DNA of 64,000 bases, taken from positions 485-64,484 of the forward strand of contig SUUX01000001.1 of the NCBI GenBank assembly GCA_015062305.1, given 5' to 3'. The translations under genes were made by a program, and so were the position numbers. A model generated the notes under the pieces. It searched no databases. It was not told the DNA's origin and saw nothing but the letters and a program-made list of their open reading frames with translations. This DNA comes from Alphaproteobacteria bacterium. Its GTDB lineage: Bacteria > Pseudomonadota > Alphaproteobacteria > RF32 > CAG-239. This document shows positions 1 through 9,722 of this stretch, piece after piece. How positions within the stretch are numbered: the stretch's first letter is position 1; each line of letters starts with the position of its first letter.

Positions 1-335
1 GGCCAAATATTTTTCAATCTCTCTTCCTTGAAAAATTTCTTATTGTTATTGATTCCCCTTAACCATCCGAGTAAAAATGAGAATATAGCCGAGATAACCA
101 TAATTATTTTTATTACTAAATTGGAGCTTTCAAACTCTTGATAAGACGCAATACTTCCCAAGAAAAAGAAAAGCCCACCGAAAATCAATCCACCTAAAAG
201 GGAACTTTTAATACAATCCCAAAGAGATGGTTTAAGTTTATCAAGGTAAGCACTCGCGCCAAAATAGCCCAAAATGCGTCCAGCAATAAAAAACGATACT
301 ATCCCTACAAAAATAAAAAAAATTGGAATTTCCAT
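1..335 (-). CDS. hypothetical membrane protein, partial (C-terminus beyond window start)
   Basis: ATG at 335..333 on minus strand, no stop down to position 1 (about 111 codons). Hand translation MEIPIFFIFVGIVSFFIAGRILGYFGAS...GGLIFGGLFFFLG is hydrophobic and TM-like. Confidence 0.35.
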   Translation of the reverse strand, partial: MEIPIFFIFVGIVSFFIAGRILGYFGASAYLDKLKPSLWDCIKSSLLGGLIFGGLFFFLGSIASYQEFESSNLVIKIIMVISAIFSFLLGWLRGINNNKKFFKEERLKNIW

Positions 336-390
336 AATTAATTTTTTTAGTGTTTATTTAATTTTTTTTACCTTGTCTTTGAGAGACACT

Positions 391-732
391 CTAAAAATAC
401 CTGTCTTTGAACCAATGTTTAAACCATCCTATGCCACACCAGATTAAAGCCCATATAATTATGAAAACCTTTATTTCCGCTGCTGGGTAGCACCAAATTT
501 CAAGGATAAAAGCACAAGCAAGTCCACCAATAAATAATGCAATTCCGATGTGGAAATAATTGCCAAAGTAATCATCATGGAAACCCAATACTGACTCTGG
601 TGGCAAATATTTTGCTAAGCAAAGGTTAATTCCAATCCATTTGCAAAAAATGGTAAACATTAAAAAACAAATAGTCTCTCTTAATCCAAATGAGAGGAAT
701 GCCTCATTTAAAACTTGAATAAACTCTTCCAT
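391..732 (-). CDS. hypothetical small membrane protein
   Basis: 113 aa ORF with hydrophobic segments (FIGGLACAFILEIW, IIIWALIWCGIGWF). No recognised motif. Confidence 0.4.
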   Translation of the reverse strand: MEEFIQVLNEAFLSFGLRETICFLMFTIFCKWIGINLCLAKYLPPESVLGFHDDYFGNYFHIGIALFIGGLACAFILEIWCYPAAEIKVFIIIWALIWCGIGWFKHWFKDRYF

Positions 733-911
733 ATTTATAATATTTTAATGATTCAACATAATTACTTTTATTATTGAGGCAAATGTAACATATTTTATTA
801 TAAAAATCAAATATTTTTGTGTCTAATTTTCGAAAAATGTTGCTTTTTCTAAAAAAAACTATATTATGTCAGCAAAATAATATAATTGTATCACTTTAAT
901 TTTTATGTCTT

Positions 912-1223
912 ATGGAAAAGTATGCTATGCTTTTTTTTGAGGAATTAGGTTCACAAGGTATTGGTGGCTTATTTCTTTTTATCTTGTCTTCTCTTTTGGC
1001 TTTTATAGCTGGTCATCTGATTAGAGACTGTTTTTCACAGTTAAATAATAAGTATTTTGAGTGGTCTGCTATATGGCTTCCTATTGTGGTATTGTTGCTA
1101 TCATTTTTATGTGGTGGAGCTCTATTGATGTCAACAGTATCAGGTGTTCCAATTGTGATGATAATATGGCTTATTATTTCTGTGGTTATTGGCACTTTTA
1201 TATCAATGGATAAGAATGGATAA
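912..1223 (+). CDS. hypothetical small membrane protein
   Basis: 103 aa ORF with 3 predicted TM stretches. Confidence 0.4.
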   Translation: MEKYAMLFFEELGSQGIGGLFLFILSSLLAFIAGHLIRDCFSQLNNKYFEWSAIWLPIVVLLLSFLCGGALLMSTVSGVPIVMIIWLIISVVIGTFISMDKNG

Positions 1224-1241
1224 TCTTAAAATTATCATATT

Positions 1242-1574
1242 ATGGAAAAGAAAAAAGATAGAAGTTGGATACCTATGTTTATCATTGGAATGATATTATT
1301 TGTATGGTTTGGGGGAATGACATTTATTGCTCTTAAGCCTCCCAAAGTTTCTGAATGGAAAAAGGTAATAGTAGTTTCACGAAGTGAAATAATTGTTCCC
1401 TATAAACTTAGTTCTGAAACAGAGGTTTCCTTAGTATTCTCAGATGGGACTACTTGGAAAGGCTCTCCTTCTACAGCAAAAAGCGAGCAACAACATCTTC
1501 TTCATGCTCAAAAAGGTGATGTTGAGTGTTATAGATATAATTCACATTATTTTGGTGGTAAGCAGTGGAGATAA
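1242..1574 (+). CDS. hypothetical membrane-anchored protein
   Basis: 110 aa ORF with N-terminal TM segment (WIPMFIIGMILFVWFGGMTFIAL). Followed by a hairpin plus T-run. Confidence 0.4.
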   Translation: MEKKKDRSWIPMFIIGMILFVWFGGMTFIALKPPKVSEWKKVIVVSRSEIIVPYKLSSETEVSLVFSDGTTWKGSPSTAKSEQQHLLHAQKGDVECYRYNSHYFGGKQWR

Positions 1575-1588
1575 TCTATGATGTAAAA

Positions 1589-1619
1589 AAGGAAGTCCTA
1601 AAAAAACTTCCTTTTTTTG
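1589..1619 (+). terminator. rho-independent terminator
   Basis: ggaagt..acttcc stem followed by ttttttt. Confidence 0.5.
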
Positions 1620-1699
1620 TTGTAAAAATTAGAAAAATGTGGTAGTATTGAGGAACAAATTGATTATTGTGACTAAGTTTAATCTAAAAATATATAATT

Positions 1700-2182
1700 A
1701 TGCAGACGAAAGAAAAAATTAACATTACACAAGTCAAACCGGGGATGTTATGGTATAAAGGTGATATTTTCTCATTTGAGAAAATAGAAGGCAAGGAAGT
1801 AAAAGCTATTGTTGAGTTGGTAGAAGATGGTGTTATCTATGGTGATTTAACAGCTTCGGAGATGTTTGATATTCGAGAAGAGATGTTAAATTGGGGAAAT
1901 GCTAAGAATTTCATTGATAATTTTTATTATCCAAGCCAAAGAGGTGAGGCGGTTGTTTGGTATAGTATCGAGCAGTTAGAAAAGGTTTGTAAAAATTACG
2001 AATTAGTGAAAAAAGCATTTCGTGAAATAAAAAAGCCTTTTAGAAAAGAATTTTATTGGTCCTCTACCGAAAGAAGTTCAACAAGTGCGTGGTATTTATT
2101 TTTTGAAAACAGGTTTGTACATACCAATGTTAAGTACGATAAATTTTTTGTGCGACCGGTTTTGACTTTGACAGTTAAGTAA
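1700..2182 (+). CDS. DUF1566 (Lcl C-terminal-like) domain protein
   Basis: C-terminal YWSSTERSSTSAWYLFF...KFFVRPVLTL resembles the DUF1566 signature (YWSST...vRcVR). Confidence 0.45.
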   Translation: MQTKEKINITQVKPGMLWYKGDIFSFEKIEGKEVKAIVELVEDGVIYGDLTASEMFDIREEMLNWGNAKNFIDNFYYPSQRGEAVVWYSIEQLEKVCKNYELVKKAFREIKKPFRKEFYWSSTERSSTSAWYLFFENRFVHTNVKYDKFFVRPVLTLTVK

Positions 2183-2190
2183 TTACAAAA

Positions 2191-2226
2191 AACAGTTCTG
2201 AGTTTATACTCAGAGCTGTTTTTTGG
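2191..2226 (+). terminator. rho-independent terminator
   Basis: acagttctgag / ctcagagctgt stem followed by a T-run. Confidence 0.55.
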
Positions 2227-2285
2227 TTGAAAATAGGTCAATTGGGTTATATGATGGATATGTTTTGAAGAGAGGAGTTGTTGAT

Positions 2286-2819
2286 ATGTTGGATATTGTT
2301 TTGCCAGAAGAAAAATATTGGGCATCTTTTCAAAATGGTTTGATAGAGATGAAGAGCTTTCCGACCCCATTTGATATAGTAGCTATGAAGAATGGTTTGA
2401 AATTTGAAAGTTTTACTGATTATAAAATTGATTGTGAAAATAAGAGGTTGGGAGTAGGGTTAAAAGAAGGCTATGTTGCATCGACAATATTGTGGTTGAT
2501 TGAAGATGATAAATTTGTTGGTATGTTTGATGTTCGTCATAGTTTGACCGAATATTTGAAAAAAGAAGGTGGCAATGTTGCCTATTATATTATTCCTTCA
2601 GCCAGAAGAAGAGGTTTGGCTCAAGAGGGATTAAAGCTTTGTTGTAAATATGCTAAAGAAGTTTTGGGGCTTGATGAAGTTTTAGTAACATGTAATGCAG
2701 AAAATATTGCTTCTTATAAAACAATGTTAAAAGTTATGAAAGTTTTAGACGGATATGAAGATGATCCGGTTATGTTTACGGAAAAAGAAGAAAGAAGAGT
2801 TTGGATTAAGACCGTATAG
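2286..2819 (+). CDS. GNAT family N-acetyltransferase
   Basis: Acetyl-CoA binding motif region IIPSARRRGLAQEGL. First in-frame ATG lies after the upstream terminator. The track start at 2223 is a TTG inside that terminator. Confidence 0.6.
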   Translation: MLDIVLPEEKYWASFQNGLIEMKSFPTPFDIVAMKNGLKFESFTDYKIDCENKRLGVGLKEGYVASTILWLIEDDKFVGMFDVRHSLTEYLKKEGGNVAYYIIPSARRRGLAQEGLKLCCKYAKEVLGLDEVLVTCNAENIASYKTMLKVMKVLDGYEDDPVMFTEKEERRVWIKTV

Positions 2820-2962
2820 TTTAGAGATAAAATTATATTGCTATAAATTTACTTTTTTTAAAGGGGCGATTTTTTGTGTATGGAAACTTGACAAAAATTA
2901 TATGTTGGAATATAGGCATAGCTAATCTATCTACAATTTATGAATAATTAATATTAAAGTTT

Positions 2963-3400
2963 ATGAAAAAGAAAAGAAATTTAGCAGTTGCCAGTGAAGA
3001 AAAGGCAATTGAACTGATGAAAGCTTTTTTGGCTTCGCAGCTTATTGAAACAGATCTCGAAAGAGATGAGGGTGTGGATCCAGCATCGGCTCCATATTTT
3101 ATTAAACTGGCATGGGTGAACAAAAACTGGGAAGGTGACGAATGGCTCGGTTGTCCATGCTTTGTGGCTGATTTCCACGGCAAGACGCATGATCAGAAAA
3201 AAGTACATGGTGTTGTGTACGTAAAAACGTTACCAACACAGACTACTGAAATTACCAAGATGCAGATTGTGGAAGATGAGCTGAGTTTGGATTTTGATTT
3301 CATTGAGAATGGAGATACATTCTCAATGCGAGACACTAAGTGTCGGTATCAAGATGAGAAATTTATCTTCAAAAACGGCGAGATTTCTCGTTTGGATTAA
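2963..3400 (+). CDS. hypothetical protein
   Basis: 145 aa ORF with a clean terminator hairpin downstream. No family recognised. Confidence 0.4.
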   Translation: MKKKRNLAVASEEKAIELMKAFLASQLIETDLERDEGVDPASAPYFIKLAWVNKNWEGDEWLGCPCFVADFHGKTHDQKKVHGVVYVKTLPTQTTEITKMQIVEDELSLDFDFIENGDTFSMRDTKCRYQDEKFIFKNGEISRLD

Positions 3401-3403
3401 AAA

Positions 3404-3435
3404 AGTTCGCAAACATAATGTTTGCGAACTTTTTC
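3404..3435 (+). terminator. rho-independent terminator
   Basis: gttcgcaaaca / tgtttgcgaac stem followed by ttttt. Confidence 0.55.
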
Positions 3436-3516
3436 ATTTAAATGATACAGATTTATGATTGTAAATAATTAAAGTATTTGTTATAGCTTAAGGTGATTAT
3501 TGAGGAGATAATAAAT

Positions 3517-3783
3517 ATGAAAAGAATTTCTTATAATACGCAAGGTGTTTGTTCGACAAATATCAGTTTTGAACTAAATGAAGGTAAATTATATAATTTG
3601 CAATTTAGTGGTGGTTGCATGGGAAATCTGAAAGCCATTTCTAAGCTGGTGGAAGGGCGTTTGGCGAAAGAAGTTGCAGATATATTGCGAGGAAATGATT
3701 GCAAAGGCAAGGGAACATCTTGTGCAGATCAGCTGTCTAAGGCAATTGATGCAGCTTTGGCTGCAAGTAAAAAAGTTGCTTAG
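3517..3783 (+). CDS. TSCPD-domain small protein
   Basis: GGCMGN...AISKL...L.G..C.GKGTSCADQLSKA matches the TSCPD family signature (GGC.GN ... TSC.DQ). GAGGAG RBS 8 nt upstream of ATG 3517. Confidence 0.6.
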   Translation: MKRISYNTQGVCSTNISFELNEGKLYNLQFSGGCMGNLKAISKLVEGRLAKEVADILRGNDCKGKGTSCADQLSKAIDAALAASKKVA

Positions 3784-3786
3784 TTT

Positions 3787-4338
3787 TTATTTATATCGTT
3801 GGCGTTCTTGATATCTTTGGTGCATTCTTAAAATTTCTTGCGGATCTATTTGCTTGATGATTTTGCGTTGATGAACGAAAAATTTGGTGATTTTAGATAG
3901 TTTTTTTTCGACTGAAGCTACAGTTTCTTCGGGTGATGTTGGAACTTCTATGCGTAATTCGTTGAAATAATGTCGAATGCATTCATCGCTTTTGGGGATG
4001 AATTGTGCTATTTTGTTTGCAATCATTATATCTGCTATTTGTTTGTTTCTTTCATCAAGAGTATCGTATTTGATTTTTATGTAGGCACGGTCGGAACAAT
4101 TTTCTCCATTGCAACCTGATTCTGTGGTTTCGACATTTTTATCGAATAAATATTGGCAGGCTTTTAGGCAAGGTTCTTCAACAATTTCTTTGAGGTCATC
4201 ACGGGTATTGACAGGGATATGTGTTCCTTGACGAATAGGGGGAACATCTTTGATTCGTTTTAGCCCTTTTATTGTAAAAGGAGGTTTCTTCGGACCAAAT
4301 TTAATTTTAGGAGCTTGTTTTTTGGGGCCAATAATCAT
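3787..4338 (-). CDS. hypothetical protein
   Basis: ORF 3787..4398. The ATG at 4338 (MIIGPKK) is preceded by a GGAG RBS. Confidence 0.4.
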   Translation of the reverse strand: MIIGPKKQAPKIKFGPKKPPFTIKGLKRIKDVPPIRQGTHIPVNTRDDLKEIVEEPCLKACQYLFDKNVETTESGCNGENCSDRAYIKIKYDTLDERNKQIADIMIANKIAQFIPKSDECIRHYFNELRIEVPTSPEETVASVEKKLSKITKFFVHQRKIIKQIDPQEILRMHQRYQERQRYK

Positions 4339-4402
4339 GATAATCTCCAAGGTTATTAAACTATCGCCCATTATATCATGATTTTGAGATTTTTTCAACG
4401 AA

Positions 4403-4861
4403 TTATAGTTTTAGATGTTTCAGAAAGGCGTCACATCCTTCGACAATATCCCAATAGGTTTCATCAAAGTTGCCGGTGTACCAAGGATATTTGATGTTGC
4501 GAGGTTTGTTTGCAAAATCGAGTAAGCGGTGGATTTTGTTATCTGTATCAACGCCAACAATAGATTGAATATCCTCTATATTGCTATCGTCCATCGCCAA
4601 AATATAGTCATAATAAGCATAATCGCGCGGACGAATGCGGCGGGAATAATGCTCCTCAAACGGCACATGCATGGATTTTAGTATTTCGCGCGTGCCATGA
4701 TGAATGCCGGCATGACACATTTCATTATAGCTTTCTGTGGCAGCGGAATCAATTTCAAATTGCTCTGCCAAACCACGTTCCTCTATCATATGCTTAAACA
4801 CAAATTGCGCCATCGGCGACCGACAAATATTCCCCAAACATACAAACAGAACTTTAATCAT
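4403..4861 (-). CDS. low-molecular-weight protein-tyrosine phosphatase
   Basis: N-terminal CLGNICRSP P-loop (CX5R) with the catalytic Asp region. Start MIKVLFVC is preceded by an AAGGA RBS. Confidence 0.85.
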   Translation of the reverse strand: MIKVLFVCLGNICRSPMAQFVFKHMIEERGLAEQFEIDSAATESYNEMCHAGIHHGTREILKSMHVPFEEHYSRRIRPRDYAYYDYILAMDDSNIEDIQSIVGVDTDNKIHRLLDFANKPRNIKYPWYTGNFDETYWDIVEGCDAFLKHLKL

Positions 4862-4961
4862 TTTAAATCCTTTGGTTTTGAGGGAGAGTAACAAATTGTT
4901 GTGGTTTTGGCAAGAATGTATTGCGATTTAAAATGCAAAACCTCCCCGAAGGGAGGTGTTG

Positions 4962-5543
4962 CTAGAGTTTGGTGAAGAATTTTGAGAAGTAGGGCTCAAC
5001 ACAGTATTGTAGAACCTTTGCTTCATCTTCATTGATTACCAAATTCTCATTGTTAATAAAAGAATTGATAACCTTGTTTCTGAGAGATTCTGCTGAAATT
5101 TCTGCTGAAATCAACATTTTCTCGGCCAAATGCTCTGAGGCTTTCTCAAAAGGACAGTCTGAAAAAGTCCATGTGTACTTGAATTTTCCAGACAGGCAAT
5201 TATCTGCGACAACTTTCCATAAAATACCTCTTTTGCATGCATCAGTTAAGTTGCAGTCTTTGAGGTTTATGTAATTTGTTTCTTTAATGAGCTTACCATA
5301 CATTTGGACAACCTCTTGATAATAGCCATGGTCGACAGCCACGTAGCCATCATAGAACTCATTTTCTTTTAGCACATTTTTTTGGCCGTAGATGTTAATG
5401 AGATCTTGAAAAGACGTTGTCTCTTTGAAACTCATTGCTTGATCTGGTGATAGTTTGATGACATGTAATGTATTACCTAGTCTCAGATCAGCATCTCTGG
5501 TTTCCAGAGCGTAGCGGTTTGGTTTGAATGTTTTATACTTCAT
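4962..5543 (-). CDS. hypothetical protein
   Basis: 193 aa ORF. No recognised motif. Confidence 0.4.
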   Translation of the reverse strand: MKYKTFKPNRYALETRDADLRLGNTLHVIKLSPDQAMSFKETTSFQDLINIYGQKNVLKENEFYDGYVAVDHGYYQEVVQMYGKLIKETNYINLKDCNLTDACKRGILWKVVADNCLSGKFKYTWTFSDCPFEKASEHLAEKMLISAEISAESLRNKVINSFINNENLVINEDEAKVLQYCVEPYFSKFFTKL

Positions 5544-5720
5544 AATTTTAATAATTGGTTAATGATTTCTTTTCTGCTCTATAATAACACAAATTTTGTC
5601 TAAATGCAATATGAATTTTGCATAAATAAATCTTGCAAGGGTGGAAAAAATGTGATATGATTTACAAAGTAAAATATATTGAGAACTTATTGTGTAACAG
5701 AGAGATTTCTCTCATAAATT

Positions 5721-5906
5721 TTGACAAATATGAAAAAAAAGAGTAGCGTTATCGCATTTGCTGTGACTGTGGTTGCTTGGTTGACAGCTGTTGTGTTGGG
5801 TTGTCTCGACAAAAATGTGGGGTTTTGCGTGTTAGCTTTTGTGGCTGCAGCATCTGCATTTTATCTTTTGATAGGTGAGTACAGGGCAGCAAGAATGTGG
5901 AGGTAA
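5721..5906 (+). CDS. hypothetical small membrane protein
   Basis: 61 aa with two TM-like segments. A weak hairpin plus T-run follows, around 5923-5950. Confidence 0.3.
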   Translation: MTNMKKKSSVIAFAVTVVAWLTAVVLGCLDKNVGFCVLAFVAAASAFYLLIGEYRAARMWR

Positions 5907-6029
5907 TTTTTTCAGGTATGAGAAGAGGGGTGTGAAGCTCCTCTTTTTTTGTGGGAAAATTCCAGAACTATTGACTTTGAGGTGGCTTTGCGGTTTAGTA
6001 TTATACATATATTAATAAGGAGATGACCT

Positions 6030-6911
6030 ATGAAGCAAAACTATTCTGATTTGGCGCAGAGATTAATGTTGGATTTTCAAAAAGATGAGGCTACAAGTGC
6101 TTTGATCTATGCTCATTTTGCCAGAAAGATGAAAAATCAGAAAGAACATGATAAAATTATGCAGATTTCTCATGACGAGGCAGCTCACGCCGCTATTTGG
6201 AAATCTTATACCAAACAAGATGTGAAACCAAATATCTTGAAAATTTGGTGGTATAGATTTTTGATGATGGTATTGGGTTATACTTTTGTGATAAAATCTC
6301 TGGAATTGCATGAATATGAAGGTGTTAACGGCTTGAAATTGCTGGAAAAGGAGATTCCGGAGGTCAAAAAAATTATCGCCGATGAGCTCAAACATGAAAA
6401 GCAATTGATTGAAATGCTTGATGAAGACAGGTTGAATTATGTGGGAGCGATGGTGTTGGGACTTAATGATGCTCTGGTGGAATTGACCGGTACAATTGCA
6501 GGTTTGACATTTGTATTGATGAATACAACCTTAATTGCTATGGCCGGTATTATTACAGGAATTGCAGCTACATTGTCGATGGCTGCTTCTAATTATTTGG
6601 CAGAAAGAGCCGATGGAAATCCAAATGCGTTGAAAGCTAGTTTTTATACCGGAATTGCTTATTTGGTAACGGTGGTGTTTTTGGTGTTGCCTTATTTGTT
6701 GTTTCCTCAAAATATGTTTGTGCCGGCACTGATTTGTATGATTGCAATTGTGGTGTTTTTGGTGTTTATATTCAATTTTTATATTGCAGTGGTTAAATCA
6801 GAGAGCTTTTGGCCGAAGTTTTTGGAGATGGCTACAATTAGTTTGTCGGTGGCTTTGATATCGTTTTTGATTGGCTTGGGCGCAAAAATGTGCTTTGGGA
6901 TAGAAGTATAG
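6030..6911 (+). CDS. mbfA: membrane-bound ferritin-like / VIT1-CCC1 family iron transporter (MbfA-like)
   Basis: N-terminal ferritin/erythrin-like region (EATSALIYAHFA..HDEAAHAAIW..ELKHE) is fused to a C-terminal VIT1/CCC1 membrane domain (GLNDALVELTG, MAASNYLAE). Confidence 0.7.
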   Translation: MKQNYSDLAQRLMLDFQKDEATSALIYAHFARKMKNQKEHDKIMQISHDEAAHAAIWKSYTKQDVKPNILKIWWYRFLMMVLGYTFVIKSLELHEYEGVNGLKLLEKEIPEVKKIIADELKHEKQLIEMLDEDRLNYVGAMVLGLNDALVELTGTIAGLTFVLMNTTLIAMAGIITGIAATLSMAASNYLAERADGNPNALKASFYTGIAYLVTVVFLVLPYLLFPQNMFVPALICMIAIVVFLVFIFNFYIAVVKSESFWPKFLEMATISLSVALISFLIGLGAKMCFGIEV

Positions 6912-6999
6912 GCTCTGGATATCTGAATATTTGAGTTTTAGATTTCGGAAACTTTACGCTATGATGCTAATATTAGTGAAATAAAAGGAGAATTTCTAA

Positions 7000-8112
7000 A
7001 TGAAGTTGATGGTGGTGAAAGATCGTAATGTTAGCAGTCGCTTTGTGTGGGATTTTTGCAATATGTTGGCAAAACGAGGACATGAGGTGAATTTTGTGTT
7101 TGATAGTTTTAAGCAACAATCTGGACCGGCTAATTTGTTGCCTCAGGTGAAAGTGCAAAATTTGAGCGCAAAATGCGGAAATCTGATGAAAGATATTTGG
7201 ACAGGTGCAAAAAGTGTGTTTATGCCGGCTTCTTTTAGATATGCAAAAGCTATTAAGCAGATTAAACCAGATGCGATTGTGTGTTATTTTTTGAAAGATG
7301 TTTATAATATTTGCTTTTTGCATAATCATAATGTTCCAATTGTGCTGATGGTGCATAATCATCCTCCGGTGTTCTTTGCTCCGTTACGCAAAAAGCCTAT
7401 CAGATATAGAGTGTATAAAAAACAATTGGAAAAAATTGCAGCATATGATTTGTTGCTGGAAAGTTTTAGAGGAACAATCGGAGATGATTATCCGAAACAT
7501 GAGGAACGTATTATCGGAAATATTATTGCCCAAATACCTCCGGCAGAAAGAGCTGATTTAAATAATGAAAAAAAGAAAATTGTTTATGTGTGCCGGGTGG
7601 ATGAAACACAAAAACGCCAACATTTGTTGTTTGAGGCTTTTGGGAAAATTGCTAAAGATTTTCCAGATTGGAAAATTGAATTGTATGGTAGTATAAAGCA
7701 TCCAGACTATCATAAACGATTGTTGGAGCAATTAAAGCAGTTGAAGATTGAAAAACAGGTTGAGTTTATGGGCTATGCAGATGATGTGAAAGCTGTATAT
7801 CGTGGTGCTGATTTTATGGCATGGCCAGCAGCCTATGAAGGTTTGAGTATTGCTTTGGCAGATGGGCAAGCTCATGGGTTGCCAGCTATTGGTTTTGCAG
7901 ATGCCCCATCTGTGAATGAGGTGATTGTTGATGGTGTAAATGGATTTTTGGCCAAAGATGTTGATGATTTTGCAGTGAAAATGGCAAAATTGATGAGTGA
8001 TAAAAATTTGCGAATTAAAATGGGGGCAGAGGCTGCTAAAGGAGTTGAGCAATATGCTGAGCAACATATAGCTGATAAATGGGAAAAGCTTTTGCATGAT
8101 TTGCAAAAGTAA
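7000..8112 (+). CDS. glycosyltransferase family 4 (GT4)
   Basis: C-terminal GT4 core: AWPAAYEGLSIALADGQAHGLPAIGFADAPSVNEVIVDGVNGFL (E-x7-E region). Confidence 0.7.
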   Translation: MKLMVVKDRNVSSRFVWDFCNMLAKRGHEVNFVFDSFKQQSGPANLLPQVKVQNLSAKCGNLMKDIWTGAKSVFMPASFRYAKAIKQIKPDAIVCYFLKDVYNICFLHNHNVPIVLMVHNHPPVFFAPLRKKPIRYRVYKKQLEKIAAYDLLLESFRGTIGDDYPKHEERIIGNIIAQIPPAERADLNNEKKKIVYVCRVDETQKRQHLLFEAFGKIAKDFPDWKIELYGSIKHPDYHKRLLEQLKQLKIEKQVEFMGYADDVKAVYRGADFMAWPAAYEGLSIALADGQAHGLPAIGFADAPSVNEVIVDGVNGFLAKDVDDFAVKMAKLMSDKNLRIKMGAEAAKGVEQYAEQHIADKWEKLLHDLQK

Positions 8113-8122
8113 TATTATAAAA

Positions 8123-8156
8123 AGAGCCGCAGTCTGTAACGACGGCGGCTTTTTTG
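8123..8156 (+). terminator. rho-independent terminator
   Basis: agccgc...ggcggct stem followed by tttttt. Confidence 0.55.
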
Positions 8157-8163
8157 AAAACAA

Positions 8164-8382
8164 TTATTGCCATTGCGGAGGAAATTCTCGAAGTAGTTTA
8201 AGTGCTTTATCTTTGTTGCACCAACAAACCTCAGTTATTCTGTCCGATATGACACGAGCAGCTCCGTATAATTTTTTTGCCTCAAAATAGTAAACAAATG
8301 TTTTTGAGGCTTTGCATACTACCCTTGATGAGTTTTGATCAATATGACAAGCAATGTCTGTCAGTTCTAAAACGGCTTTCAT
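8164..8382 (-). CDS. hypothetical small protein (downstream gene of a coupled pair)
   Basis: 72 aa. Its start ATG overlaps the stop of the upstream ORF in an ATGA arrangement. Confidence 0.3.
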   Translation of the reverse strand: MKAVLELTDIACHIDQNSSRVVCKASKTFVYYFEAKKLYGAARVISDRITEVCWCNKDKALKLLREFPPQWQ

Positions 8383-8567
8383 TGCAACATCTTGTGGCAG
8401 TTTTTTTGGCGGGACGGTACTACCCGGAAAGTTCCATCAGCATAACGAACTAGCAAATACTGTTCTGAATTGTCTTTGACAATAGCAAATGATAAAAATT
8501 TCTCCATAACAAATACAAAATTATAAAAGTGAAGAGGTGAATATAGAAAAATTTTTGTAAAAGTCAA
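8379..8567 (-). CDS. hypothetical small protein (upstream gene of a coupled pair)
   Basis: 62 aa, or 42 aa if translated from MEKFL. The ATGA stop/start overlap suggests translational coupling. Confidence 0.3.
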   Translation of the reverse strand: MTFTKIFLYSPLHFYNFVFVMEKFLSFAIVKDNSEQYLLVRYADGTFRVVPSRQKNCHKMLQ

Positions 8568-8578
8568 ACAAATAAAAT

Positions 8579-8610
8579 AAAACTCTGCATATTTTTTTAT
8601 GCAGAGTTTT
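8579..8610. terminator. bidirectional hairpin terminator downstream of recA
   Basis: Perfect palindrome aactctgcata ttttttt atgcagagtt. Confidence 0.6.
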
Positions 8611-8631
8611 ATTGGACGTTAAGATTGTTTT

Positions 8632-9660
8632 TTATTCGTCAGAAGCCGGTGAATTATCTCCGATTAGTTCACTTGCCAGATGTCCGGCATCGGCTTTGAT
8701 TTTATTTTCTATTTCCAGAGCTAAATCTGGATGTTCTCTTAGAAAGATTTTGGCATTTTCTCTGCCTTGTCCTAGTTTATCTCCATTGTAGGCAAACCAA
8801 GCACCAGATTTTTCGATAACATTTGCTTTGACGCCAAGATCGATAATTTCTCCGGTTTTAGATATGCCCTCTCCATACATAATGTCAAAGTCAATAACTT
8901 TGAACGGAGGAGCTACTTTGTTTTTGACAATTTTGACTCTGGTCTGGCTACCAATGATATCTTCTTTGTCTTTGATTTTTCCGATGCTGCGAATATCTAT
9001 ACGCACAGAAGCATAGAATTTGAGAGCATTGCCGCCTGTGGTGGTTTCTGGATTGCCAAACATTACGCCGATTTTCATGCGAATTTGGTTGATGAAGATA
9101 ACCAAAGTGTTAGAACGAGCAATGGTGGAGGTTAGTTTGCGTAGAGCTTGGCTCATTAGGCGAGCTTGCAACCCCATGTGAGAATCTCCCATTTCTCCTT
9201 CTAATTCAGCCTTAGGAACAAGGGCAGCCACAGAATCTACTACCAAAACATCAATTGCTCCGGAGCGAACTAATGTATCGGTAATTTCCAGAGCTTGTTC
9301 TCCGGCATCTGGCTGAGAAATAAGAAGATTTTCTATATCTACGCCAATTTTTTTGGCATAAGATGGGTCAAGAGCATGTTCGGCATCTATAAATGCACAG
9401 GTTCCGCCTTTTTTTTGGGCTTGGGCAATAACACTAAGCGCTAAGGTTGTTTTACCAGAACTTTCGGGGCCATATATTTCTATGATACGACCACGAGGGA
9501 GTCCTCCGATGCCTAAAGCCATATCAAGGCCAAGAGAACCTGTGGGTATTGCCTCAATATCGACATGGGCATTGTCTTGTCCTAATCTCATAATCGAACC
9601 CTTGCCAAAGGCTTTCTCAATTTGGCTGAGGGCGGCGTCTAGCGCTTTATCTTTGTCCAT
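8632..9660 (-). CDS. recA: recombinase RecA
   Basis: Walker [14 protein letters not shown]2 loop and conserved RecA core throughout. Confidence 0.95.
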   Translation of the reverse strand: MDKDKALDAALSQIEKAFGKGSIMRLGQDNAHVDIEAIPTGSLGLDMALGIGGLPRGRIIEIYGPESSGKTTLALSVIAQAQKKGGTCAFIDAEHALDPSYAKKIGVDIENLLISQPDAGEQALEITDTLVRSGAIDVLVVDSVAALVPKAELEGEMGDSHMGLQARLMSQALRKLTSTIARSNTLVIFINQIRMKIGVMFGNPETTTGGNALKFYASVRIDIRSIGKIKDKEDIIGSQTRVKIVKNKVAPPFKVIDFDIMYGEGISKTGEIIDLGVKANVIEKSGAWFAYNGDKLGQGRENAKIFLREHPDLALEIENKIKADAGHLASELIGDNSPASDE

Positions 9661-9722
9661 AACTATACTCCATTTGTGTTTATAAAATTAATACTAACGA
9701 ATCGCTATAAATGTATATTGTT

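Noticed and set aside
2938-3208. Two minus-strand ORFs (81 and 75 aa) overlapping the 2963..3400 plus-strand ORF
   Set aside because: They are shadow ORFs antisense to a better-supported gene with its own terminator. No motifs were found.
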